DNA of 64,000 nucleotides from positions 104,174-168,173 of the forward strand of contig JBAXXP010000001.1 in NCBI GenBank assembly GCA_037127815.1. The letters are read 5' to 3'. A model generated the notes under the pieces. That model saw nothing but the letters and a program-made list of their open reading frames with translations, searched no databases and was not told the DNA's origin. The position numbers were made by a program, and so were the translations under genes. Position 1 is the first letter of the stretch; the number at the start of each line of letters is the position of its first letter. Of this stretch, positions 39,322-48,617 are shown one piece after another. Origin of the DNA: a bacterium. GTDB lineage: Bacteria; Patescibacteriota; Minisyncoccia; Phycocordibacterales; CAIZLB01.

Positions 39322-39897
39322 ATGTTAATTCCAACAGTTATAGAAAAATCACAATTTGGCGAGAGGGCATATGATATATATTCAAGACTTCTAAGAGAAA
39401 ATATCATTTTTCTTGGGGGACCAATCGATGATAATGTAGCAAATATTGTTATCGCACAATTACTATTTTTACAAGCAGAAGATCCAAAGAAGGATATCTC
39501 TTTGTACATTAATTCACCAGGGGGTTCAGTTACAGCAACCTTGGCGATGATTGATACAATGAATTACATCAAGAATGATGTTTCAACAATCTGTGTCGGA
39601 CTGGCAGCATCAGGTGGTGCATGGCTACTTTCAGCTGGAAAAAAAGGAAAGAGATATGCATTACAAAATTCAGAAATGATGATTCACCAACCACTACAAG
39701 GCGGAATAGAAGGACAAGCATCAGACATAGAAATCACAGCAAAACAAATCATTAAGACAAAAGAGAGATTGGCAAAAATGATGGCAGAAAACACTGGACA
39801 ACCATTAAAGAAGGTTGAAGCTGATGTTGATAGAGATTTCTATTTATCAGCAGATGAAGCAAAGAAATACGGACTTATCGACAAAGTTCTATCATAA
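39322..39897 (+). CDS. clpP: ClpP protease
   Basis: [23 protein letters not shown]; start at ATG 39322. Confidence 0.98.
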   Translation: MLIPTVIEKSQFGERAYDIYSRLLRENIIFLGGPIDDNVANIVIAQLLFLQAEDPKKDISLYINSPGGSVTATLAMIDTMNYIKNDVSTICVGLAASGGAWLLSAGKKGKRYALQNSEMMIHQPLQGGIEGQASDIEITAKQIIKTKERLAKMMAENTGQPLKKVEADVDRDFYLSADEAKKYGLIDKVLS

Positions 39898-39906
39898 TTT
39901 AAAAAC

Positions 39907-41460
39907 ATGATTACAAACCAAATAGCCCTTTCATTAGCAGTAATGACAGGTGGCGTAGGTTTTGTTATTGGATACTTAATCAGAATATTGGTTGCGCTAA
40001 GTACAAAAAACTCTCTTGAACTTAATGCAAAGAAAATTAAAACAATAGCAAAAGAGGAGGCCGTTGAAATAATATCTAGAGCTCAAAATGATGCAACGGA
40101 AATCATGTCGGACGCAAAAAAAGAAATAAAAGAAAAGGAAGAAAATATACAGAAGAATGAAGATCGATTAATAAAGAAGGAACAAATGGTTGATAGCAGA
40201 CAGATTGAAGTTGAAAAGGACATCAAAAAAATTGATGAAGAAATAGAAAAGATACGTTCTAGAAAAAATAAACTCTCCGAAGATGAGGAGCAGCTTAAAA
40301 TATTAAAGGATCAAGAGAGCCTTGTTATAGAGCGTATTTCTGGATTAACAAATGAAGAAGCGAAGAAGATTGTGTTTGATAAAATTGAAAAAGACTCAGC
40401 TGATGACCTTGTTAATAGAATGAATAAGTTTGATTTGTTTGCAGAGGATTCACTTGAGGATAAAGCGAGGGAGATACTAACAACGGTAGTTCAAAGACTT
40501 GCTTCTTCTGTTAATGCAGAAATATTTTCTTCTGCTGTTCAAATTCCATCTGAGGATATTAAAGGAAAAGTTATTGGAAAAGAAGGAAGAAATATTAAAA
40601 CTTTTGAAAAAGAAACGGGTGTTGAAGTTTTGGTTGATGAAGGACAGGGATACATTACATTGTCATGTTTTGATCCAATAAGAAGACAGGTTGCAAAAAT
40701 TGCATTAGAAGCACTTATTGCCGATGGAAGAATACAACCAGCAAGAATTGAAAAGGAAGTTGAAATGGCGAGAGACTCAATAATAAAAGAAACAAAGAAA
40801 TTAGGCAGCATGGCATGTTATGAAACAGGTGTCGTTGGACTTGATCCACGTATTTCAACAATCCTAGGAAGACTGCAATATAGAACTAGTTACGGACAAA
40901 ATGTATTGCAACATTCAATAGAATGTTGTCATCTTGCAGGAATGTTAGCAGAAGAACTTGGTGCTGATGTTGCAGTTGCAAAAGCAGGTGCGCTACTGCA
41001 TGACATTGGAAAAGCACTAGATCATGAAGTTACAGGAAGTCATGTTGATATAGGGAAAAAACTGCTGGAGAAGATGGGTGTTGATAAAAAAATAATTCAA
41101 GCAATGCAATCGCATCATGATGAATACCCATATGAAACACTAGAGGCTAGAATTGTTCAAACAGCAGATGCTCTTTCTGGAGGACGTCCCGGCGCAAGAA
41201 GCGACACTATGGAAAACTATATTAAGAGACTTAATGATCTTGAAGATATAGCAAACTCTTTCTCTGGAGTAGAGAAATCTTATGCACTTCAAGCTGGACG
41301 AGAAATCAGAATTTTTGTTTCACCAGAAAAAATATCAGATTATGATGCAAAAAATATAGCTAGGAATATAGCTATTAAAATTGAGAGGACATTGAAGTAC
41401 CCAGGAGAAATAAAAGTTACAGTGATAAGAGAAAATAAGATTGTTGAAATAGCTAGGTAA
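39907..41460 (+). CDS. rny: ribonuclease Y
   Basis: N-terminal TM, coiled coil, KH (IGKEGRNI), HD (LLHDIGK), RPGAR. Confidence 0.97.
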   Translation: MITNQIALSLAVMTGGVGFVIGYLIRILVALSTKNSLELNAKKIKTIAKEEAVEIISRAQNDATEIMSDAKKEIKEKEENIQKNEDRLIKKEQMVDSRQIEVEKDIKKIDEEIEKIRSRKNKLSEDEEQLKILKDQESLVIERISGLTNEEAKKIVFDKIEKDSADDLVNRMNKFDLFAEDSLEDKAREILTTVVQRLASSVNAEIFSSAVQIPSEDIKGKVIGKEGRNIKTFEKETGVEVLVDEGQGYITLSCFDPIRRQVAKIALEALIADGRIQPARIEKEVEMARDSIIKETKKLGSMACYETGVVGLDPRISTILGRLQYRTSYGQNVLQHSIECCHLAGMLAEELGADVAVAKAGALLHDIGKALDHEVTGSHVDIGKKLLEKMGVDKKIIQAMQSHHDEYPYETLEARIVQTADALSGGRPGARSDTMENYIKRLNDLEDIANSFSGVEKSYALQAGREIRIFVSPEKISDYDAKNIARNIAIKIERTLKYPGEIKVTVIRENKIVEIAR

Positions 41461-41678
41461 AATAAGGGTATTTCTGGATATTTAAAAAAATCTGGCTAAT
41501 TAGTAAATGAAATGTTTTAACAAAATCGGCTCAATTTATTAAAAATTGACGAATATGTCAAAATGTGTCAAAACTTTTTTAATCTATTAAAGCTATTGAT
41601 TCAAAATATGGCTTAATATATAATCAATAGCGAGGTTATAGCGGTCGACAATTATAAAACACAATTACTTGTACAAAT

Positions 41679-41951
41679 ATGAATAAAGCAGCATTGGTTG
41701 ACAAAGTAAATGAAGTACTAGGAACAACAAAAGTTCAATCTGAGGAAGTTGTAAATACTATCTTTGATAGTATTACAGCTACACTTAAGAAAGGCGAAGA
41801 AGTTTCAGTAGCTGGTTTCGGTATCTTTTCTGCAAAGAAGAGAGCCGCACGTTCTGCTCGTAACCCAAGAACAGGAGAAATCGTAAAGGTTGCAGCTATG
41901 AATGTTCCAAAGTTTAGAGCAGCAAAGGCTCTTAAGGAAGCAGTTAAATAA
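41679..41951 (+). CDS. hup: DNA-binding protein HU
   Basis: MNK..L, GFGIF, ARNPRTGE. Confidence 0.97.
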   Translation: MNKAALVDKVNEVLGTTKVQSEEVVNTIFDSITATLKKGEEVSVAGFGIFSAKKRAARSARNPRTGEIVKVAAMNVPKFRAAKALKEAVK

Positions 41952-41981
41952 TTTCAGTAAGTCGGTTAGATAGTTTCCACT

Positions 41982-42019
41982 TAACAAAATACCCCAGCGC
42001 AAGCTGGGGTATTTTGTTA
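41982..42019. terminator. bidirectional terminator after hup
   Basis: TAACAAAATACCCCAGC-GCAA-GCTGGGGTATTTTGTTA. Confidence 0.88.
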
Positions 42020-42082
42020 GTTTGCTATATTTAATCAATAACTTATACCCCCTATTTTCTATACCCACCAACACAGATATAG

Positions 42083-43156
42083 TTATCTCACAATCACGGC
42101 CTGGTTAGTAACCCCTGGAACTGCATAGAAATTGTCCATTAATTTTTCTGTTGTCCAATACTCAAAACTTCTTCCATTAATAGGATCGTTTAAATAAAAT
42201 CCTGATGGATTGTCCTTTGGACCGGCAACACCAACAAGAACTCTGGCGTGTTCCCCTTTAATTGCTGTGACCTCTCCCCCGCCTGGAACTTTCCATGAAT
42301 AAGCGGGTGTAGCCATTGATGTATAACCCCAAAAAACAATAGGATGACCCGCCCTTATTTCACGAGCCAGTGTTGTGGCAGTTATGATTGTTTCATACGA
42401 CGCGTCTCTCCCGTATGAAATTGCCGCTTTCATAACTGGCGCACCATAAACCCCATACCCCCCAAAATCATCACCTACCCCAATACTACCGACAAACATC
42501 TCCCTCGGATCATCCCATTCGTTTAATTCAACATTTTTTGGCCTAGGTTTATAACCAAATTTCTGAACAATCTCCATGTCATCAGCAATATTTATTCCAT
42601 AATACGCAAGTGCCATTCTAAGTGAAGCAGCTTCACAGCTATTCCTATACTGCTGTGCGAAATATGGAACTTTCAGTTTGAATACATCGGTTGGTTCAAT
42701 TACAACTGGAACCCTAGTCTGTATCAATGCTGGCGTTGATACTGCTACGGGCGCCATTATTGGTGCTTGTTCTGTTTTTGTTTCTATTGGTATTGTAATT
42801 GCAACAACCTTAAGTTCTACTTTCTCCTCAGAAGGCTCGTTTTCAGAAATAGATGCTTCTTTTGTCACTAAATGCACAGTATTTAGTGTACTGTCTTTTT
42901 CATCACTAACTGTGGCGACTACCGTCATGTCATCAGAAGCTCTCATCAAACCACTGTTTGTATTAGCGGTGACAATGAAGCCACCATAGACATTGTCAGC
43001 CTTAGTAGGTGTTCCATTTTGTGATACAGATGATTGTGACTCAGAATAAACAGTATTAACCCTCGTATTTACAGGGGTTACCAAATTTATTCGTATATAC
43101 AACGAAGCCATTATTATCAAAAGAGCGAGAAAGATATAAATCTTTATTCTCATCAT
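42083..43156 (-). CDS. membrane-anchored C39-like cysteine peptidase
   Basis: VPYFAQ..NSCEAAS, EHARVLVG, YLNDP; start ATG 43156 or 43153, N-terminal TM. Confidence 0.85.
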   Translation of the reverse strand: MMRIKIYIFLALLIIMASLYIRINLVTPVNTRVNTVYSESQSSVSQNGTPTKADNVYGGFIVTANTNSGLMRASDDMTVVATVSDEKDSTLNTVHLVTKEASISENEPSEEKVELKVVAITIPIETKTEQAPIMAPVAVSTPALIQTRVPVVIEPTDVFKLKVPYFAQQYRNSCEAASLRMALAYYGINIADDMEIVQKFGYKPRPKNVELNEWDDPREMFVGSIGVGDDFGGYGVYGAPVMKAAISYGRDASYETIITATTLAREIRAGHPIVFWGYTSMATPAYSWKVPGGGEVTAIKGEHARVLVGVAGPKDNPSGFYLNDPINGRSFEYWTTEKLMDNFYAVPGVTNQAVIVR

Positions 43157-43229
43157 GGTGCGGGATAAGGGAATCGAACCCTTGTCTACTGCTTGGAAGG
43201 CAGTCATTCTACCACTAAACCAATCCCGC
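43156..43229 (-). tRNA. tRNA-Gly(TCC), CCA encoded
   Basis: GCGGGAT...ACTGC-CTTCCAA-GCAGT...GGTTCGATTCC...ATCCCGCACCA. Confidence 0.96.
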
Positions 43230-43355
43230 TTACTTTTAAACTATACCAAAATTAGGATAAAAGTAAATACTTTTTATTTAATCGTGCTAAAATAGTATTA
43301 ATAAGATATATTTTGATAGGAACAAATAATACTCAGGTAATCATTAAAACTCAAA

Positions 43356-44531
43356 ATGAACAACATTGAATTTATAATAAGCACCATTATGTCCCTTATA
43401 AAACAGGTTTTTATAATTATAGTTGCAGTTTTTAGTCTATTCACGTCAACACTTTCTATCAGCCCAACCATCCCCTCAGCGAGCAATTTAACAGGTACAA
43501 CATCTGATTACACAAAAGAAAGGGCAAACAAAAATACGAATGATATAATCGCTGTTTTTAACCCACTTACACCAAAGGACGACATAATAAATACGTTAGA
43601 TGGAGCGACAAAGAATATTAAACTCAATCTTTTGAACCTTACAGCTCCAACCTATCAGGTGATTGATGTTCAAAACAACAAAACAACATCAAATATTCCC
43701 GAATCACCCAAAACCTCAACAACAATAGATGCTTTAACAAAACCTCAACAAACAGAGTCTGTTATATCGATAAAATCAAAAGGATCCGAAGAAAGCGTTA
43801 TAAATATCAGATGTGAGAACAAGACCAAGAATACTCTAAAGGTAATAACTGGAAGTGGAATAATAATAAGCTCTTCTGGTTTAATTTTAACAGCAGCCCA
43901 TGTTGCAGCACCAGTTTATGCACAACAACTTAATAACTCATATAACTGTTATGCTCGAATAAACAATCCTGCCTCGGGGAAATACCCCCTTAAGGTAGTT
44001 TACATCGATCAAGCTTGGATAAATAAGTACTACTCTGTATTTGATAAGACTTACACAGAGACAGGTGAACATGATGTAGCAATTCTGAAAATAGATAATT
44101 CAAATTCTAAATTGACCCCAAGTGAAATAATTAACCTTAATAATACTGCCTTTGCGGCCTTATCTACTGAAGTTCCAAGCGTTGGTCAATCTATTGTAAT
44201 AAAATCTTACCCAGCTGATGTTTATGGCAAGTTAGGTGTCTTTACGGTGCTTCCAAGAAAGTCAGAAATAAATTCTATCGACAAGATTACAGACTTTAAT
44301 GGAGGCCTAAGTAGTTTGGACCTAATAGAGACCTCACCAAGCAACCTGGGGCAATCTGGGGCTTCAGGAGGGGGTATTTTTAACAACCAAGGACAACTGA
44401 TTGGAATTATATCTAATATGATTTCATCCAATATTTTGTTTAAAAATAAAGTAAGAGCTACGTCTATTAGATATATGAACGATGAAATAACCAAAAATGG
44501 AGGGAGATCTATCTTCGAAGATAACCTATAG
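43356..44531 (+). CDS. secreted trypsin-like serine protease
   Basis: TGSG, LTAAHV, DVAIL, GASGG triad motifs. Confidence 0.9.
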   Translation: MNNIEFIISTIMSLIKQVFIIIVAVFSLFTSTLSISPTIPSASNLTGTTSDYTKERANKNTNDIIAVFNPLTPKDDIINTLDGATKNIKLNLLNLTAPTYQVIDVQNNKTTSNIPESPKTSTTIDALTKPQQTESVISIKSKGSEESVINIRCENKTKNTLKVITGSGIIISSSGLILTAAHVAAPVYAQQLNNSYNCYARINNPASGKYPLKVVYIDQAWINKYYSVFDKTYTETGEHDVAILKIDNSNSKLTPSEIINLNNTAFAALSTEVPSVGQSIVIKSYPADVYGKLGVFTVLPRKSEINSIDKITDFNGGLSSLDLIETSPSNLGQSGASGGGIFNNQGQLIGIISNMISSNILFKNKVRATSIRYMNDEITKNGGRSIFEDNL

Positions 44532-44886
44532 GTGCATCGTTCTTTTTTTCATCAGCTTTTAGTCCGCCGCTATTAAATGCATCTAGAACAAATTTTTGCT
44601 GAATTTTAATCACAGTATCCCAATTGTCATCAGGAGATAGATTATTAGTCTTTTCATGACCACAAGTCTCACATCTATTTGTGACTCTATATTTATCTTT
44701 CTTTAGCTCTATCTTTATAGGTTTCATAAGACCTTGGCATTCTGAAAGTCTGTCACCGGGATTAATGTCAACGTGTTTACTCCATAAACAGTTTGAACAG
44801 TGATCTGTGTAACCATCCCCTTTTACCTCAACTCCACATACTTCACATGTAAAGTTCTCTTTTTTCTTTGTGAATTTTTTACTCAT
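44509..44886 (-). CDS. RNHCP-domain zinc-binding protein
   Basis: FTCEVCG, DHCSNCLWSKHVD..PGDR, CQGLM. Confidence 0.88.
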   Translation of the reverse strand: MSKKFTKKKENFTCEVCGVEVKGDGYTDHCSNCLWSKHVDINPGDRLSECQGLMKPIKIELKKDKYRVTNRCETCGHEKTNNLSPDDNWDTVIKIQQKFVLDAFNSGGLKADEKKNDAPIGYLRR

Positions 44887-44921
44887 ACGAATTTCTTTTC
44901 TTACTTATACTAAACTATTTG

Positions 44922-44994
44922 TCGGGGCGCCGGGATTCGAACCCGGAGTCACTTGCTCCCAAAGCAAGCATGTTAGCCGTTACACCACGCCCCG
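44922..44994 (-). tRNA. tRNA-Pro(TGG), no encoded CCA
   Basis: CGGGGCG...CTTGC-TTTGGGA-GCAAG...GGTTCGAATCC...CGCCCCGA. Confidence 0.96.
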
Positions 44995-45099
44995 ATTTGT
45001 AGAAATAGCATATCACACATATTTTATTTTTGCCAATATTAGATGTTACATAAACATTAGCTTAGTCTGGTTTAAAAAAATAATGTAAAACACAGTCAA

Positions 45100-45711
45100 T
45101 TAGTTGAAAAGCGGCAAAACCTTAACCTTACAGCTCACAAGGTTTGTTTTTGTTACACGTGAACCAGAATGATGAAGACTTATACAAATACCGAGGAATT
45201 TAAGGCTTTCTTCCTTAATATCAAAGTCCATACAATATTTTAAGGCCATCAATCTGACTTTTCTTAACTTCTCCTTCGTTAGGTTGATCTCTGGCTTCAG
45301 CCACTCCACACCCTTTCCGTCTCTAATAACACTTATACTAGGGCCAAAAAGGTCGTCTCCCCCACTGTCTTGATTAGAAGGGATTCTAAGGGTTTTAACC
45401 TCGACTATGTAATAATAACCGTCTTTTTGCGCAATTATATCAATCTCACCTATTTTATTCCTATAATTTCTATCAACTATCTGAAAACCGCGTTTTTCTA
45501 AAAAAACTACAGCTATACTCTCACCAAGATCACCAACCTTCTTATTTGAATTGCTTTTATCCCCTTTGTCTATCACATCTTCTTTATTATGACTTTTAGA
45601 TCTTATTCCGAGTTTTATTCTTGATTTGTCCTTTTTAGAACCCACCTTACTTACTTCCACACCCCTTCCTGTGTCAACTTTGTCCTTTTTTGATTGTTCT
45701 ATTATGATCAT
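45100..45711 (-). CDS. YraN/UPF0102 family nuclease with basic N-terminal extension
   Basis: G.LGE.IA..FL, NYR...GEIDIIA, VEVKT. Confidence 0.88.
   Translation of the reverse strand: MIIIEQSKKDKVDTGRGVEVSKVGSKKDKSRIKLGIRSKSHNKEDVIDKGDKSNSNKKVGDLGESIAVVFLEKRGFQIVDRNYRNKIGEIDIIAQKDGYYYIVEVKTLRIPSNQDSGGDDLFGPSISVIRDGKGVEWLKPEINLTKEKLRKVRLMALKYCMDFDIKEESLKFLGICISLHHSGSRVTKTNLVSCKVKVLPLFN
45151..45166. promoter_or_regulatory. parS-like site
   Basis: TGTTACACGTGAACCA, 15/16 match to TGTTNCACGTGAAACA. Confidence 0.55.
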
Positions 45712-46200
45712 TGTTTATTATTTATTACTATTAACAAACGGATGATATACAAACCAGATGAAGAACCTATAAAGATTTATTAAAGAAAAGCAAAAGAAAA
45801 GATGTACTTTTTAAGAAAAGAGACAAAATATATAGATCACCTTCAACCTAGTGTTTCTCATGAAACGTTGAAAATGAGGTTACAAACGGGTTAAACATAC
45901 AAAAAAACACCATTTAGTAGCAAAATAAGGGTTTCATAGGAAACACCCCGTATTATTGTCAAGAAAATAGCAATATTTTACTAAAAGACAGTGGATAGCC
46001 ACTTATCCACACAATTAAACCTTATTTATAGCCATATATTGCGTTTTTCCTTATAAAATAGCATTTCTGTATAAGCCTGATTTCTATGTCTTTTATACAC
46101 ATATCCACGGAGTTATCCACAGTCTAGGACATTTTATAAGTCACTTAGGGACAAAAATGCCGTCTCATACCAATCTTAACTACACCGCAATAACCAACCA
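45712..46200. other. candidate replication origin (DnaA-box cluster plus parS-like palindromes)
   Basis: TTATCCACA at 46003 and 46113, TTATACACA at 46093, parS-like sites at 45852 and 45930, AT-rich and ORF-free. Confidence 0.5.
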
Positions 46201-46226
46201 TTCTTTATGATCTAACTATCAAATTG

Positions 46227-46297
46227 TGCGGGTAGGGAGAATCGAACTCCCGTCTCGTCCTTGGCAAGGACGCATTCTACCACTAAACCATACCCGC
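46227..46297 (-). tRNA. tRNA-Gly(GCC)
   Basis: GCGGGTA...CGTCC-TTGCCAA-GGACG...AGTTCGATTCT...TACCCGCA. Confidence 0.96.
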
Positions 46298-46338
46298 ATA
46301 TTATTTTGCTTTATTATTATAACACTAAATTATAATTG

Positions 46339-46410
46339 TGCACCCGCCAGGACTCGAACCTGGAATAACGGTTCCGAAGACCGTTGTGATATCCATTTCA
46401 CCACGGGTGC
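46339..46410 (-). tRNA. tRNA-Arg(TCG)
   Basis: GCACCCG...ACGGT-CTTCGGA-ACCGT...GGTTCGAGTCC...CGGGTGCA. Confidence 0.95.
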
Positions 46411-46491
46411 ATATTCCATATCCTGATCACCACTGAGACAGTCTACATCATAGATAGCAAAAAATCAAAAGGTGTACTAATATTCTATATA

Positions 46492-48018
46492 ATGACTACT
46501 AAAGACATAAACAATAATCCAATAAAAGAACTGAGTAACAAACTACTAAAAAAAATAGACCAGGGTAGTGTTCCTGCCTATATACAGAATATCGTCATCA
46601 AACTGCAGGAAGCGGGCTTTTCAGCTTATTTAGTAGGGGGTTGTGTAAGAGACCTGATATTAAAGAAACAGCCAAAAGACTGGGATATTACAACAAGCGC
46701 AAAACCTGAAGATATAATCAAAACTTTTGAAGAGACATTTTATGAAAATGACTTTGGAACTGTTGGTATAAAAATAAGAAAAGGGACAGGGGAGACAGAA
46801 ATAGTAGAAGTTACACCCTATAGAACAGAAGGTGATTACTCAGATAGCAGACATCCTGATGAGGTAACTTTCAGCAGTAATATAAAGGACGACCTTCTGA
46901 GAAGAGACTTTACAATTAACGCAATGGCATATGATTCAGTAAAAGACACTATAGTTGATGAGTTTGAGGGTTTAAAGGACATAAAAGACAAGGTCATAAG
47001 GGCAGTAGGAGACCCAGTTAAACGATTTCACGAAGATGGACTCAGATTGATTAGGGCGGTTCGTTTTGCTGCCGAATTAGGTTTCATGATTAACATAGAC
47101 ACACAAGAAGCTATCATATCGGAATCCGGGGTTCTTAAGAAAATTGCAACAGAAAGGATTAGGGAAGAATTCGATAAATTACTTATGTCTAAACAGCCTG
47201 CCTTAGGTATAGCGATGGCTCAAAAGCTTGGTTTGTTGAGTATTTTCTGCCCAGAACTTGAGGGAGCGGTTCATGTGAAACAAAACCAAGCCCATTCTTA
47301 TGATGTTTTTGAGCATCTCTTGAGGAGTTGTCAGTGTGCTGCGGACAAAAATTGGAGGCTGGAGATAAGATTAGCTGCTTTATTCCACGATATTGGAAAG
47401 CCACCAACAAAAAGGGGTAGTGAAACAAGTGATATAACCTTTTATGGACATGAGGTTGTTGGCGCTAAAATGTCTAAAGTTATATTAGAAAGGATGAAGT
47501 ATCCAACAAAAGTTATTACAGTTGTTACAAAACTGATCCGTTGGCACATGTTTTTCTCGGATACTGAACAAATAACACCCTCAGCTGTCCGAAGAATGAT
47601 AGCAAATGTTGGCAAGGAATACATTTGGGACTTAGTAGACCTAAGAATTTGCGACCGTGTAGGAACGGGAAGACCCAAGGAAAACCCTTACAGACTTAGA
47701 AAATACAGGGCTCTTATTGAGGAGGTGATGATGGACCCAATTGATGTGGGGATGCTTAAAATTGATGGAAATACGCTGATTAAGGAATTAAACATACCAG
47801 CAGGGCCAATTATAGGACTAATTTTAAATGCTTTACTTGAGGAGGTTCTAGAGAAACCAGAACTTAACACACAAGAGTACCTTACAAAAAGGGCTATAGA
47901 AATTTCTATGTTTCCCATGAAACAACTCAAGGAACTATCTGAAAAGGGGGTATTAAGAAAAAAAGACCTAGAAAATGAGCAAATAGAGGAAATCAGAAAA
48001 AAGCACGATATTAGATAG
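46492..48018 (+). CDS. cca: tRNA nucleotidyltransferase (CCA-adding) with HD domain
   Basis: VGGCVRD, DWD, RRDFTINAMA, RF.ED.LR, FHDIGK. Confidence 0.93.
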   Translation: MTTKDINNNPIKELSNKLLKKIDQGSVPAYIQNIVIKLQEAGFSAYLVGGCVRDLILKKQPKDWDITTSAKPEDIIKTFEETFYENDFGTVGIKIRKGTGETEIVEVTPYRTEGDYSDSRHPDEVTFSSNIKDDLLRRDFTINAMAYDSVKDTIVDEFEGLKDIKDKVIRAVGDPVKRFHEDGLRLIRAVRFAAELGFMINIDTQEAIISESGVLKKIATERIREEFDKLLMSKQPALGIAMAQKLGLLSIFCPELEGAVHVKQNQAHSYDVFEHLLRSCQCAADKNWRLEIRLAALFHDIGKPPTKRGSETSDITFYGHEVVGAKMSKVILERMKYPTKVITVVTKLIRWHMFFSDTEQITPSAVRRMIANVGKEYIWDLVDLRICDRVGTGRPKENPYRLRKYRALIEEVMMDPIDVGMLKIDGNTLIKELNIPAGPIIGLILNALLEEVLEKPELNTQEYLTKRAIEISMFPMKQLKELSEKGVLRKKDLENEQIEEIRKKHDIR

Positions 48019-48082
48019 AGTTTAACCATTACCCAAATTCAAAACAAGTAACTAGACAATAAGGTGCATACTCAATAAATAC

Positions 48083-48127
48083 AAACTAACAAAAATACCG
48101 CTCTATAGGCGGTATTTTTGTTAGTTT
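48083..48127. terminator. bidirectional terminator
   Basis: AAACTAACAAAAATACCGC...GCGGTATTTTTGTTAGTTT. Confidence 0.88.
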
Positions 48128-48470
48128 TTTAAAATGTAAAACTCTTTATAGAAAGAGCCTCAGTACTGGACGCAACAAGGTTATAGTTATTATGATGCGG
48201 CCGTACTAAGGCCCTCGAAACAAGTGTGGGAAACGAAACAAGTAGAAACGATTGAGAAAATTGAGATATTTATTTAATTGTTGTGGGTTGTCTCTATGAT
48301 TATGGGGTAGGCCAGTGTAAGTCCTGTATTCTCCATTTAAATGTGATGCCCAGATTAGAGCTCACTAAGCTAATTTTGGGAGAATTTAAAATGTCCTTTA
48401 TTACCAACCAATCCGTATCATTAAGACTTCCTCAAAGAACTATTTGACCCGATGTTGGGCCGCTCATCTG
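48090..48470 (-). ncRNA. candidate ~380-nt structured ncRNA
   Basis: TTTACA-N16-TAGAAT promoter (48477-48504), long hairpins with minus-strand G-U pairs, terminator, no long ORF. Confidence 0.4.
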
Positions 48471-48581
48471 TCCTTTATTCTAATTCATATTAAAGACATG
48501 TAAAGGACATTATCGTAAATTCTTGTGGATAACTTTTTATTTATTTATTATTTCATTCTGACCGCTATGATAAAGGACATT
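48390..48581. repeat. four TAAAGGACA(T) boxes as nested inverted repeats
   Basis: reverse copies at 48391 and 48469, forward copies at 48501 and 48571. Confidence 0.7.
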
Positions 48582-48617
48582 CTAGTGTTAAATATTTTGT
48601 GAAATTATTTAATTATT

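Noticed and set aside
43157-43207. N-terminal extension of the C39 peptidase ORF
   Set aside because: Lies inside tRNA-Gly
44870-46426. ORFs 44870-45088 and 46226-46426
   Set aside because: Antisense translations of tRNA genes
48190-48225. Third hammerhead (ATGATGC-GGCC...GGCC-CTC-GAAAC)
   Set aside because: Core is not CUGANGA and stems I and III are absent
48400-48470. RNase P RNA (GAGGAAGTC on the minus strand)
   Set aside because: Imperfect 5' P4 and no matching 3' P4 or other conserved regions
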